IMG/VR virus record: IMGVR_UViG_3300045988_055950
Reading direction: 5' to 3' (one strand)
DNA from: a virus
Length of the DNA: 45,467 nucleotides
Made by a program: the position numbers and the translations under genes. Numbering within the stretch: position 1 is the first letter of the stretch; each line of letters starts with the position of its first letter. Shown here piece by piece: positions 32,913-42,253 of this stretch. The notes under the pieces were generated by a model. That model saw nothing but the letters and a program-made list of their open reading frames with translations, was not told where the DNA came from and did not search any database.

Positions 32913-33091
32913 TACTGGAAGGTGATGGTGATGCAAATTATGCACATTATGCTTTGCAAAAATTGCACATTTTACCTTCCCAGTTTGTGGGTCTTGACCC
33001 ATATGAAAAAGCATTTGTTATTGCTTCGATAGATTTAAGAATAGAAAACGAAAAGAAACAAGCAAAGGCAGCAAAGAAAAAAGCCAAATAA
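32906..33091 (+). CDS. -1 frame extension of the tail assembly chaperone (G/GT-like long isoform)
   Basis: My own translation: KLILEGDGDANYAHYALQKLHILPSQFVGLDPYEKAFVIASIDLRIENEKKQAKAAKKKAK. It has no start codon or RBS of its own and ends 22 nt before the tape measure gene. Confidence 0.6.
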   Translation, partial: KLILEGDGDANYAHYALQKLHILPSQFVGLDPYEKAFVIASIDLRIENEKKQAKAAKKKAK

Positions 33092-33113
33092 TCAGGGAAA
33101 GGAGTGATTCAAA

Positions 33114-35759
33114 ATGGCAAGTATTTCTGCATCAGTTGAACTTTATGACAGAATGTCTGCACCACTTATGTCCATCATGAATGCAATGAACATGACCATT
33201 TCTTCCATGCGTGACATGCAGTCAACAATGGGAACTGACATGGACACTTCTTCCCTGGATGCTGCCACACAAGCAGCAAATCAGGCACAGGCAGCAATGG
33301 AAGCCTTGAACCAGTCAATGCACACTGATAGTCAGACACCAGGCACAGGCGGTTCAGAGCCTACACCAACACCTTCAACTGACCCTGTTCAAGTTCCTGT
33401 TGAATGGGTGACAAATGATTTGGATGTCTTTTCCAACAGTGGGATTGACAGATTTGAACAGGAAGTCACAGCAACAAATCAGATGTTGACAACACTTTCT
33501 GACAGACAGAATCAGATTGCACAGAATGCAGCAGGAACTGACATCTTTTCAGATAGTGCAATGCAGGACATCAATTCCATGGGTCAAAGAATCCAGGCGG
33601 TTCAGCAAAGGATTCAGCAGATTGAAAACAATCCAGTGAACCTTGGAACAGACACTGCAAATGCAGAACTGGAAGAATTAAGGTCACAGTTGAATCAGGC
33701 ATTGCAGGCACAGGAAGCATTGAACCAGGCGGTTGATAATATGGATGTATCTGCTGCAAATGTTGCATACAACCAGTTGTCAAGCACAGTGGCAAGCACT
33801 GAAAGATATATCAGGGATAATGCAGATGCACAAGGAAATTTGAATCAGCAGATTCAGGCAGGTGTGAACACATCAAATGAATTGGTTGATACAGTCAAAA
33901 GACTGGCACTTGCATATTTGTCCATGCAAAGTGTTCAGAAGGTTCTTGATGTGTCTGATGAACTGGCAATGACCACAGCAAGATTGAACACCATGAATCA
34001 GGCATTCAATGAAATCAATGGAACTGCAACAGAAACAGACACCATTGTGAAACAGATTTATGCATCTGCACAGAATGCAAGGGGTTCTTTTGGTGACATG
34101 GCAGCAGTTGTTGCAAAGTTCGGAAACAATGCAAGGGATGCTTTTGCAAGTCAGGATGAAGTTATTGCATTTGCAAACCTGATTCAGAAACAGATGACCA
34201 TTGCAGGTGCATCCACACAGGAAGCATCAAATGCAATGTTGCAGTTGTCACAGGCTTTGGGTTCAGGTGTGTTGCGTGGTGATGAATTGAATTCCATCTT
34301 TGAGCAAGCACCAAACCTGATTCAGTCTATTGCTGATTATCTTGATGTTCCTATTGGAAAAATCAGGGAAATGGCACAGGACGGACAGTTGACAGCGGAC
34401 ACTGTAAAGGCTGCAATCTTTTCCAGTGCAGAAGACATCAATGCAAAATTTGAAGCAATGCCTATGACTTGGGGTCAAGTATGGACTTCATTTCAGAACA
34501 GTGCATTGATGGCATTTCAACCAGTCTTGGATAAAGTGAACGAACTTGCAAACAATGACCAGTTCCAGGGATTTGTGGAAAATGCAATTGGACTGTTGGC
34601 ACAGCTTGCGGTTTATGTGTTGGATTTCTTCAATACACTTGCAAGCATTGGTGCATTCATCAGTGACAATTGGTCAATCATTGCACCTATTGTCTATGGT
34701 GTAATTGCAGCACTGATTGCTTATGCAGCAATTTCAGGAATCGTTGCAGCGGTCAATGGTGTCATGGCACTTTCAGCAAGTGTTCATGCAGCAGCGGAAG
34801 CAATGCAGGCAGGGGCAACCTTTACTGCAACAGCTGCACAGTATGGTCTGAATGCTGCTTTGATGGCATGTCCTTTGACCTGGATAATTCTTCTTATTAT
34901 TGCAGTTATTGCTGCTATTTTTGCGGTATGTAATGCAATCGCAAAGATGACAGGTGTTGCAAACAGCGGTTTTGGTGTCATTACTGGTGGAATCAATGTT
35001 GTGATTCAGTTCTTCAAGAACTTGGGTCTTTCTGTTGCAAACATTGCCCTTGGAATTGGAAATGCAATTGCAGCACTGGCATCCAACATGATGACAGCAT
35101 TCCACAATGCAATCTGCAATGTGCAGTCCTGGTTCTATAACCTGTTATCAACTGCATTGACAGTCATTGAAGGCATTTGTGCAGCACTGAACAAACTTCC
35201 TTTTGTGGAATTTGATTATTCAGGAATCAGCAGTGCAGCAGATGACTATGCATCAAAGGCAGCAGAAGCAGCAGGAAACAAAGAAGATTATAAATCCATT
35301 GGTGATGCATTCAATGAAGGAATGTCCACCTTTGACACATTCCAGGATGGATGGGCAGCGGATGCATTCAATGCAGGTGCATCTTGGGGTGATGGTGTTG
35401 CTGACAAGGTTTCAGGAATGTTCAGCATGGACAACATTGACCTGACAGGCGGTGTTGATACATCCATGTTGTCAAATGACTTTGCAAATAATGCAGCACA
35501 AACAGCAGCAAACACTGCTGACACAGCAGACAGTGCAGGAAGGATTGCAGACAGTGTGGATATTTCCAAAGAAAATCTGAAATATCTTCGTGATATTGCA
35601 GAAACAGAAGCAATCAACAGATTCACAACTGCTGAAATTGAAGTAACTATGAACAACAACAATACTGTTTCAAGTGACATGGACATTGATGGAATGGTTG
35701 ACCATTTATCAGCAGGTGTTCTTGAAGCTATGGAACAGGCAGCGGAAGGGGTGCATTAA
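33114..35759 (+). CDS. Tail tape measure protein
   Basis: 881 aa. Q/A-rich coiled coils, a central block of hydrophobic helices (IAPIVYGVIAALIAYAAISGIVAAV...), and a typical position. Confidence 0.9.
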   Translation: MASISASVELYDRMSAPLMSIMNAMNMTISSMRDMQSTMGTDMDTSSLDAATQAANQAQAAMEALNQSMHTDSQTPGTGGSEPTPTPSTDPVQVPVEWVTNDLDVFSNSGIDRFEQEVTATNQMLTTLSDRQNQIAQNAAGTDIFSDSAMQDINSMGQRIQAVQQRIQQIENNPVNLGTDTANAELEELRSQLNQALQAQEALNQAVDNMDVSAANVAYNQLSSTVASTERYIRDNADAQGNLNQQIQAGVNTSNELVDTVKRLALAYLSMQSVQKVLDVSDELAMTTARLNTMNQAFNEINGTATETDTIVKQIYASAQNARGSFGDMAAVVAKFGNNARDAFASQDEVIAFANLIQKQMTIAGASTQEASNAMLQLSQALGSGVLRGDELNSIFEQAPNLIQSIADYLDVPIGKIREMAQDGQLTADTVKAAIFSSAEDINAKFEAMPMTWGQVWTSFQNSALMAFQPVLDKVNELANNDQFQGFVENAIGLLAQLAVYVLDFFNTLASIGAFISDNWSIIAPIVYGVIAALIAYAAISGIVAAVNGVMALSASVHAAAEAMQAGATFTATAAQYGLNAALMACPLTWIILLIIAVIAAIFAVCNAIAKMTGVANSGFGVITGGINVVIQFFKNLGLSVANIALGIGNAIAALASNMMTAFHNAICNVQSWFYNLLSTALTVIEGICAALNKLPFVEFDYSGISSAADDYASKAAEAAGNKEDYKSIGDAFNEGMSTFDTFQDGWAADAFNAGASWGDGVADKVSGMFSMDNIDLTGGVDTSMLSNDFANNAAQTAANTADTADSAGRIADSVDISKENLKYLRDIAETEAINRFTTAEIEVTMNNNNTVSSDMDIDGMVDHLSAGVLEAMEQAAEGVH

Positions 35760-35762
35760 ACT

Positions 35763-36440
35763 ATGGCATATTATTTCTATCTTGGAAAAACATTGCTTCC
35801 AGTTGCACCACAGAAGCTGCAACTGAAAATCAAGGGTGCAAATAAAACTTACACCCTTATCAATGATGGTGAAATCAATGTCCTGAAAACACCTGGTTTG
35901 ACAGACATTGAATTTGATGCTTTGCTTCCAAATGTGAAATATCCTTTTGCAGTCTACAAAAACGGATTCACAAGGGCAAAATCATTTTTGGAAGTATTGA
36001 AAAATTACAAGCAGGACAAGGAAACCTTTCAGTTCATTGTCACAAGAACACTTCCAAATGGAAAGATGCTTTTTGATACAAATATGAAGGTTTCCTTGGA
36101 ATCTTACACCATCAAAGAAGATGCAAAGAACTATGGAATGGATGTCATGGTCACAATCAAGTTAAAACAATACAGAGATTATGCAACCAAGACATGCAAC
36201 ATCAAGTTTGCATCTTCCAAACCAAAGATTGTTCCACAGCCTGTCAGGGCAGCAGAAAACCCACCAAAGCCTGCAAATCAGACTTACACAGTTGTCAGGG
36301 GTGACTGCTTATGGAACATTGCAAAAAAGTATTATGGGAATGGTTCAAAATATACTGTTATTTACAATGCAAACAGGGATAAAATCAAGAATCCAAATCT
36401 GATATATCCTGGACAGGTTTTGACCATTCCTGCTGCATAA
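35763..36440 (+). CDS. LysM-domain baseplate/tail protein (XkdP-like)
   Basis: C-terminal LysM: YTVVRGDCLWNIAKKYYGNGSKYTVIYNANRDKIKNPNLIYPGQVLTIP. Confidence 0.8.
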   Translation: MAYYFYLGKTLLPVAPQKLQLKIKGANKTYTLINDGEINVLKTPGLTDIEFDALLPNVKYPFAVYKNGFTRAKSFLEVLKNYKQDKETFQFIVTRTLPNGKMLFDTNMKVSLESYTIKEDAKNYGMDVMVTIKLKQYRDYATKTCNIKFASSKPKIVPQPVRAAENPPKPANQTYTVVRGDCLWNIAKKYYGNGSKYTVIYNANRDKIKNPNLIYPGQVLTIPAA

Positions 36441-36452
36441 GGGGGTGAACAC

Positions 36453-37412
36453 ATGGCTGCTGAACTGTTGATTCAGAATGGCAACAAGGTGTTCATCCCT
36501 GTTGTGCAAGAAGATATTCAGTGGACAACTGAAAGAAAGGGCAATCCAGGGAAACTGACATTCAAGGTTCACCTGGATGATGTCCTTGATATTACAGAAG
36601 GAAATGCAGTCAGACTGAAATGGAATGGTGCAAACATCTTTTATGGTTTCATCTTTTCAAAGAAGATGGACAAAGAAAGAATCATCACAGTCACTGCATA
36701 TGACCAGTTACGATATTTGAAAAACAAAGACACCTATGTTTATAAAAACAAAACAGCAGGTGAAGTCATTCAGATGATTTGTGCAGACTTTCAAATGCAG
36801 ACAGGAAGCATTGAAGACACAGGATTCAAGATTGCATCTATGGTGGAAGATAATCAGACATTGTTTGACATCATTCAGAATGCCTTGGATGCCACAATGA
36901 AAAATCAGAAATACATGTATGTTATGTATGACGATTTTGGAAAAGTCACCCTGAAAGGTTTGGACAACATGCGTTTGAATCTTCTGATTGATGAAGAAAC
37001 TGGACAGAATTTTGATTATACATCCAGTATTGATGAAAACACCTATAACAGAATCAAGTTGGTATATGACAATGAAGACAGTGGTCAAAGGGATGTGTAT
37101 ATATCCCAGGATTCAAGCAATATCAACAATTGGGGTGTTTTACAGTATTATGACACATTGCAAAAAGGGGAAAATGGTCAAGCAAAGGTTGATGCATTGT
37201 TATCCCTTTACAACAAGAAAACAAGAAAACTGACAATCAAAAATGCCCTTGGTGATACAAGGGTCAGGGCAGGTTCAATGGTGGTTGTCATCATGGATTT
37301 GGGTGATGTGAAGTTGAAAAACCTGATGCTTGTTGAAAAATGTGTCCACACTTTCAAACTGGATGAACACACAATGGAATTGAAATTGAGAGGTGGTGAA
37401 TTCGTTGCCTGA
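36453..37412 (+). CDS. Baseplate hub / late-control-D-like protein (XkdQ-like)
   Basis: 319 aa. The call rests on gene order within the Xkd P-Q-R-S-T-U block. Confidence 0.7.
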   Translation: MAAELLIQNGNKVFIPVVQEDIQWTTERKGNPGKLTFKVHLDDVLDITEGNAVRLKWNGANIFYGFIFSKKMDKERIITVTAYDQLRYLKNKDTYVYKNKTAGEVIQMICADFQMQTGSIEDTGFKIASMVEDNQTLFDIIQNALDATMKNQKYMYVMYDDFGKVTLKGLDNMRLNLLIDEETGQNFDYTSSIDENTYNRIKLVYDNEDSGQRDVYISQDSSNINNWGVLQYYDTLQKGENGQAKVDALLSLYNKKTRKLTIKNALGDTRVRAGSMVVVIMDLGDVKLKNLMLVEKCVHTFKLDEHTMELKLRGGEFVA

Positions 37413-37845
37413 TTATGCAGAATTATTGAATACTATCAAACAAGCTGCAACAGAAGCGGTTGATGCAGGAAAACCTGTTCAGGTGTGCTTTGGAAAGGTG
37501 ACAAGTTCTTCACCACTTCAAATCTTGGTTGACCAAAAGATGACCCTTGATTCTTCATTCCTGGTTTTGACAAGGAATGTGACGGACTTCACCACAATGG
37601 TGACAGTACAGTGGGAATCAGAAGCATCTTTGACCACTCACACCCACACTGTCAAAGGCAAGGACAGCAACAGTGATGACATTGATTTGACATCAGGTGC
37701 AACAAAGCTGACCCATACACATGACATTGAAGGAACAAAGCAGATGACCATTCACAATCACCTGGAAAAGGGTGAAGAAGTAATTCTGTTAAGAATGCAA
37801 GGTGGTCAGAAATATATTGTTTTAGACAGGATAGGTGGTGGATGA
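37393..37845 (+). CDS. DUF2577-like baseplate protein (XkdR-like)
   Basis: FGKVTSSSPLQILVDQKMTLDSSFLVL matches the DUF2577 pattern. Start uncertain. Confidence 0.6.
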   Translation: MVNSLPDYAELLNTIKQAATEAVDAGKPVQVCFGKVTSSSPLQILVDQKMTLDSSFLVLTRNVTDFTTMVTVQWESEASLTTHTHTVKGKDSNSDDIDLTSGATKLTHTHDIEGTKQMTIHNHLEKGEEVILLRMQGGQKYIVLDRIGGG

Positions 37846-37846
37846 C

Positions 37847-38251
37847 ATGATTCCAGGTGTAAATGGAATATTGACAGAAGACTTGGAAGTTGAAAGTCTT
37901 CCAAGTAAAAATTATATGATGCACATTGACAGGAACAGAATCAGCGGATTTTGTGACAAGCAGGATGCAGTGAAACAGGCAATATATAAAATCCTGAATA
38001 CTGAAAGATACCAGTATATCATTTATTCCTGGAATTATGGAATCCAACTTTCTGACCTTTATGGTGAACCAGTCACATATGTGTGTCCTGAATTGGAAAG
38101 AAGAATCATTGATGCCCTTTCAGTTGATGACAGAATCCTTTCATGTGAAGGATTTGATTTTGACATCAGTCAGAAGGGAATTGTGGTTGTAACATTCAAA
38201 GCAAATACCATTTATGGTGATGTTGATGTGGAAAAGGTGGTGAATATTTAA
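37847..38251 (+). CDS. DUF2634-like baseplate protein (XkdS-like)
   Basis: AVKQAIYKILNTERYQYIIYSWNYGIQLSDLYG is typical of this family. The ATG at 37847 follows AGGTGGTGGA. Confidence 0.7.
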   Translation: MIPGVNGILTEDLEVESLPSKNYMMHIDRNRISGFCDKQDAVKQAIYKILNTERYQYIIYSWNYGIQLSDLYGEPVTYVCPELERRIIDALSVDDRILSCEGFDFDISQKGIVVVTFKANTIYGDVDVEKVVNI

Positions 38252-39312
38252 TGTATGAAAATGTAACTTATGAAGACATTCTTCAAAGGATGCTTGACAG
38301 AGTTCCTGACAGTATGGACAAAAGGGAAGGGTCAATCATTTATGATGCACTTGCACCTGCTGCTGTTGAATTGCAGTTGATGTATATTGAATTTGACATC
38401 ATCCTTCAAGAAACTTTTGCTGATACTGCATCCAGGGAATACCTTATCAGAAGGGCAGCAGAAAGGGGAATCATTCCTATTGCTGCAACACATGCAATCC
38501 TGAAAGGTGAATTCACACCTTCCACTTTGAACATTCCTATTGGTGCAAGATTTTCTTGTGGAACATTGAACTATGCAGTCACAGAAAAAATTTCTGATGG
38601 TGCATACAAACTGGAGTGTGAAACAGAAGGTGAAACAGGAAATGCACAGTTTGGTCAGATGATTCCTATTGACTATATTGAAGGACTTGAAACCTGTTAT
38701 CTGACAGAACTGTTGATTCCAGGTGAAGATGAAGAAGCAACAGAAGACATCAGAACAAGATATTTTGATACTTTTGACACAAAACCTTTTGGTGGAAATC
38801 AAAAAGACTATATTCAAAAGACAAATGCACTTCCTGGTGTTGGAAGCACCAAAGTCACACCAGCGTGGAAGGGTGGTGGAACTGTTCTTCTGACAATCCT
38901 GGATTCAAACTTTGATGCAGCATCTTCCACATTGGTGAAATCAGTGCAGGAAGCAATTGACCCTGACCCACAGGGGGAAGGTCTTGGAATTGCACCGATT
39001 GACCACATTGTGAAAGTAAACACTGCAACAAATGTGAAGGTCAATGTGACAACTTCCCTGACATTTGATGAAGGATATTCTTTCAATACACTGAAAAGCA
39101 CAATCACAGATACAATCAGTGCATATTTGAAGGAAATCAGAAGTCAGTGGGCAAACTATTCACAGTCAGTTGTCAGAATCAGTCAGATTGAAACAAGACT
39201 TCTTGGAATCAAGGGAATTGTGGATATTTCAAACACTAAAATCAATGGTATTGCAAACAATCTGACACTTGATAAATATGAAATTCCAGTGATGGGTGGT
39301 GTTAGTGGATGA
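38251..39312 (+). CDS. Baseplate J-like protein (XkdT-like)
   Basis: YEDILQRMLDRVPDSMDKREGSIIYDALAPAAVEL is a typical Baseplate_J N-terminus. Confidence 0.85.
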   Translation: MYENVTYEDILQRMLDRVPDSMDKREGSIIYDALAPAAVELQLMYIEFDIILQETFADTASREYLIRRAAERGIIPIAATHAILKGEFTPSTLNIPIGARFSCGTLNYAVTEKISDGAYKLECETEGETGNAQFGQMIPIDYIEGLETCYLTELLIPGEDEEATEDIRTRYFDTFDTKPFGGNQKDYIQKTNALPGVGSTKVTPAWKGGGTVLLTILDSNFDAASSTLVKSVQEAIDPDPQGEGLGIAPIDHIVKVNTATNVKVNVTTSLTFDEGYSFNTLKSTITDTISAYLKEIRSQWANYSQSVVRISQIETRLLGIKGIVDISNTKINGIANNLTLDKYEIPVMGGVSG

Positions 39313-40088
39313 TTAGAAATGTGAACCTTCTTGGACATCTTCCACCATTCATTCAGGAATACATGGAAATCAGGGAAATCATGAAAACTGAAAACCCTGA
39401 ATTTCAGTTGGTGGAAGATGAATCAGAAATAATTAAAAACAACCAGTTCATTCAGTCATGCAATCTGACAGGAATCAGCAAGTTTGAAAAGCTGATTGGA
39501 ATTGTTCCATCTGCTGATGACACCCTGGAATCAAGAATCAACAGGGTGTTGGTCAGATGGAATGACACTGTTCCTTATACCTGGAAGACCTTGCTGAATA
39601 AACTGAACACTTTGTGTGGTGGTTCTGATAATTATGAAATCATCAGGAAACTGGATGAACACAAATTGGAAATCACAACACATTTGGATTTGTATGGTCA
39701 AGTTGAAGAACTTGACTATTTTTTATCTTACATGTTGCCTGCATCAATGGTTCTTGATGCAAAAAACAAGCTGTTCATTGACTTGAATGCAACAGCAAGG
39801 GTGGCAGCAGGAATTGTCAATTGTGAAACATTTGAACTGTCAGATTCCTTCAAGAAGAACCTGGACATCCAGGGAACATCCATCTTTGGTGGTGGAATTG
39901 TTGAAGGATATATGACCACATTGTCTGATGCATTCAAGAAGGGAATGTCCATTGATTCAGGGGCATCCTTTGCAGGTGGTGTTGTCGGTGCAGTGGTTGT
40001 TGAAATTTCAGACAGCTTCAAAGAATCAATAGATGTCAGTGGTCACACAGTAATGACAGCAGGTGTTTCAATTACTGAATCAAACTAA
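39309..40088 (+). CDS. DUF2313-like tail protein (XkdU-like)
   Basis: LPPFIQEYMEIREIMKTENPEF resembles the DUF2313 N-terminus, and the gene order fits. Confidence 0.65.
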   Translation: MIRNVNLLGHLPPFIQEYMEIREIMKTENPEFQLVEDESEIIKNNQFIQSCNLTGISKFEKLIGIVPSADDTLESRINRVLVRWNDTVPYTWKTLLNKLNTLCGGSDNYEIIRKLDEHKLEITTHLDLYGQVEELDYFLSYMLPASMVLDAKNKLFIDLNATARVAAGIVNCETFELSDSFKKNLDIQGTSIFGGGIVEGYMTTLSDAFKKGMSIDSGASFAGGVVGAVVVEISDSFKESIDVSGHTVMTAGVSITESN

Positions 40089-40110
40089 ATATGAAAGGTA
40101 GGAAAAAGAA

Positions 40111-41913
40111 ATGTCAGAATTTAGACAGCTTATTATCACAAACAAAGGACAGTCTTTGATGGCAAAACTTATTGCAGGAAAAGCAAATGTGACATTCACA
40201 AAGGTTGCAGCATCTGCCACAACTTACAATGATTCACAGATTCCTGCACTGACTGCACTGTCCAACATCAAACAGCAGGTTGCTGTTTCCAAAGTCACAA
40301 GAATCAATTCTGTTGCAGTTCAGGTTGATGCTGCAATGGAAAACAGTGCATTGACAACTGGATATTATATGAATTCCATTGGTCTTTATGCAAATGACCC
40401 TGATGATGGTGAAATCCTTTATGCAGTTGCAGGTGCAAATGTGGGGGCATATATGCCACCTTATAATGGAATCACTGTCAGTGGTGCATATCTGAAACTT
40501 GTGACCACAGTTTCAAATGCAAGCAATGTTTCCATGACTGTTGACCCTGCTGCTGTTGCAACAGTAGGTGACATTAATGCATTGCAGGCAGAAATCACAG
40601 ACATCCAGTCCTATATTGGTTATACGGATGCAGACATCTATGGTGTTGAAGTTGACTTCAAGAACAAGAAATTCACAAGACTTGCAGGTGCAGTTGGAAA
40701 GACACCTGGTGATGCTTTTAATGGTGTCAAGGCTTTTGGTGGCAGAAGAAGATGTAATGTCACTGATGAAGGAAAGGTTGTTGCATATTTTGGTGATGCA
40801 GGATATTCAGAAACTGGTGTCCTGACTTCTGCAATCACAAAGGGTGAAGGTGATAACATCAGAACATATGCAGCAAAAACAAAGGTGCAGGTCATGGTTG
40901 AACAGCCAAAGTTCTATTACAAGGTTGTTCCACTTGAACTTGAAAAGATTCAGGGTGGCAAAGGCTTCCACATGAGAAAGGCAAGATATTATGTGTCTGA
41001 CACCATGAAAGCAGGTTTCAAACTTCATCCTGCATTCATCAAGGATGGAAAGGAAAAGAACTTTATTTATCTTTCTGCATATGAAGGATGTACTTATGAC
41101 ACATCTGCTTCTGCATACAAACTGAATGATGCACAGGATGTTGACTGGACAGATGATGTTCTTGCATCCATTGCAAATGCAAAACCTACAAGTGGACTGG
41201 CACAGAGCGGTGCAACAAGAAATGGATTCAGAACCATTGCTGCAAAAAGGGGTTTAGGTTGGTCACAGGAAACTGTTCAGGCAGCAACTGCAACAGAACT
41301 TCTTTTTCTTATTGAGTATGCATCTTTTGACATGCAGTCAAAGATTGGTGCAGGTGTAACAACCAAGACTGATGATGGTGCAACATCCATGACAGAAATC
41401 ACTGGTGCAACCACTACACTTGGAAACAAGACGGGTTCTGTTGTCAATACAAATGGTTATTCTGTTGTTGCATATCGTGGTGAAGAAAATCCATTTGGTA
41501 ACATTTGGAAGTGGATTGATGGTATCAATGTTTATAACAAGAATGAAGGTTCTGTTTATATTGCTGACCATGGATTCAAGGATGATACAAATGCAGCACC
41601 ATATTCTGATGCAGGAATCACAATTTGTGGTTCAAATGGTTATGTTTCTGCTTTTGCTTACAATGAAGACTTTGATTGGTTATTCATTGCAAGTGAAGTT
41701 CTTGGAAATAGTTCACTTCCAGTTGGTGACTATTTTTGGCAGAACAAAGCATATAATGGCTACACGGTCGCTCTATTGGGCGGTGATTGGGATATTGGTT
41801 CTAATGCGGGCGGTTTCTATTGGAGTGTGCGTAATGCTTCGGGTAATCGTTATCGTGCTATCGGCGGTCGCCTGCTGTATGTACCTGATGGTACTGATGC
41901 ACCTGCTGCTTAA
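40111..41913 (+). CDS. Tail fibre / receptor-binding protein; DGR target with C-terminal CLec/FGE-like variable domain
   Basis: 600 aa. The N-terminal part is fibre-like. The C-terminus LLGGDWDIGSNAGGFYWSVRNASGNRYRAIGGRLLY is the VR. Confidence 0.85.
   Translation: MSEFRQLIITNKGQSLMAKLIAGKANVTFTKVAASATTYNDSQIPALTALSNIKQQVAVSKVTRINSVAVQVDAAMENSALTTGYYMNSIGLYANDPDDGEILYAVAGANVGAYMPPYNGITVSGAYLKLVTTVSNASNVSMTVDPAAVATVGDINALQAEITDIQSYIGYTDADIYGVEVDFKNKKFTRLAGAVGKTPGDAFNGVKAFGGRRRCNVTDEGKVVAYFGDAGYSETGVLTSAITKGEGDNIRTYAAKTKVQVMVEQPKFYYKVVPLELEKIQGGKGFHMRKARYYVSDTMKAGFKLHPAFIKDGKEKNFIYLSAYEGCTYDTSASAYKLNDAQDVDWTDDVLASIANAKPTSGLAQSGATRNGFRTIAAKRGLGWSQETVQAATATELLFLIEYASFDMQSKIGAGVTTKTDDGATSMTEITGATTTLGNKTGSVVNTNGYSVVAYRGEENPFGNIWKWIDGINVYNKNEGSVYIADHGFKDDTNAAPYSDAGITICGSNGYVSAFAYNEDFDWLFIASEVLGNSSLPVGDYFWQNKAYNGYTVALLGGDWDIGSNAGGFYWSVRNASGNRYRAIGGRLLYVPDGTDAPAA
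41765..41881 (+). repeat. DGR variable region (VR)
   Basis: It aligns gap-free to 42009..42125 (offset +244). There are 25 mismatches, all opposite TR adenines. Confidence 0.9.
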
Positions 41914-42008
41914 TCGAACCAAAAATCATTGAAATATTGGGCAGAAGTAAAGCTGATATATGAAGTTATTTTTCATACAATGAGCCTGAAAACAAAAAAG
42001 CATTAAAC

Positions 42009-42125
42009 CAGTCACTAAATTAGGCAGTAATTGGAATAATGGTTCTAATGCAGGCAGTTTCAATTGGAATGTGAATAATACTTCGAGTAATCGTAATCGT
42101 AATATCAGCGGTCACCTACTAAATG
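42009..42125 (+). repeat. DGR template region (TR)
   Basis: Non-coding copy of the VR. It is AAT-rich; in the VR frame it reads NWNNGSNAGSFNWNVNNTSSNRNRNISGH. It contains 40 adenines, 25 of which are substituted in the VR. Confidence 0.9.
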
Positions 42126-42253
42126 CACAAGGTAAATAAAATCGTTGCTTCTGCCCTGCCACTTGGCAAAATATAAAAATCATTTGAACTGTTTTGGTAA
42201 ATCCTGCAAAGGAAGTTGAAGAATCAGTTTGAAGTGCATACAAAGGAAATGTC

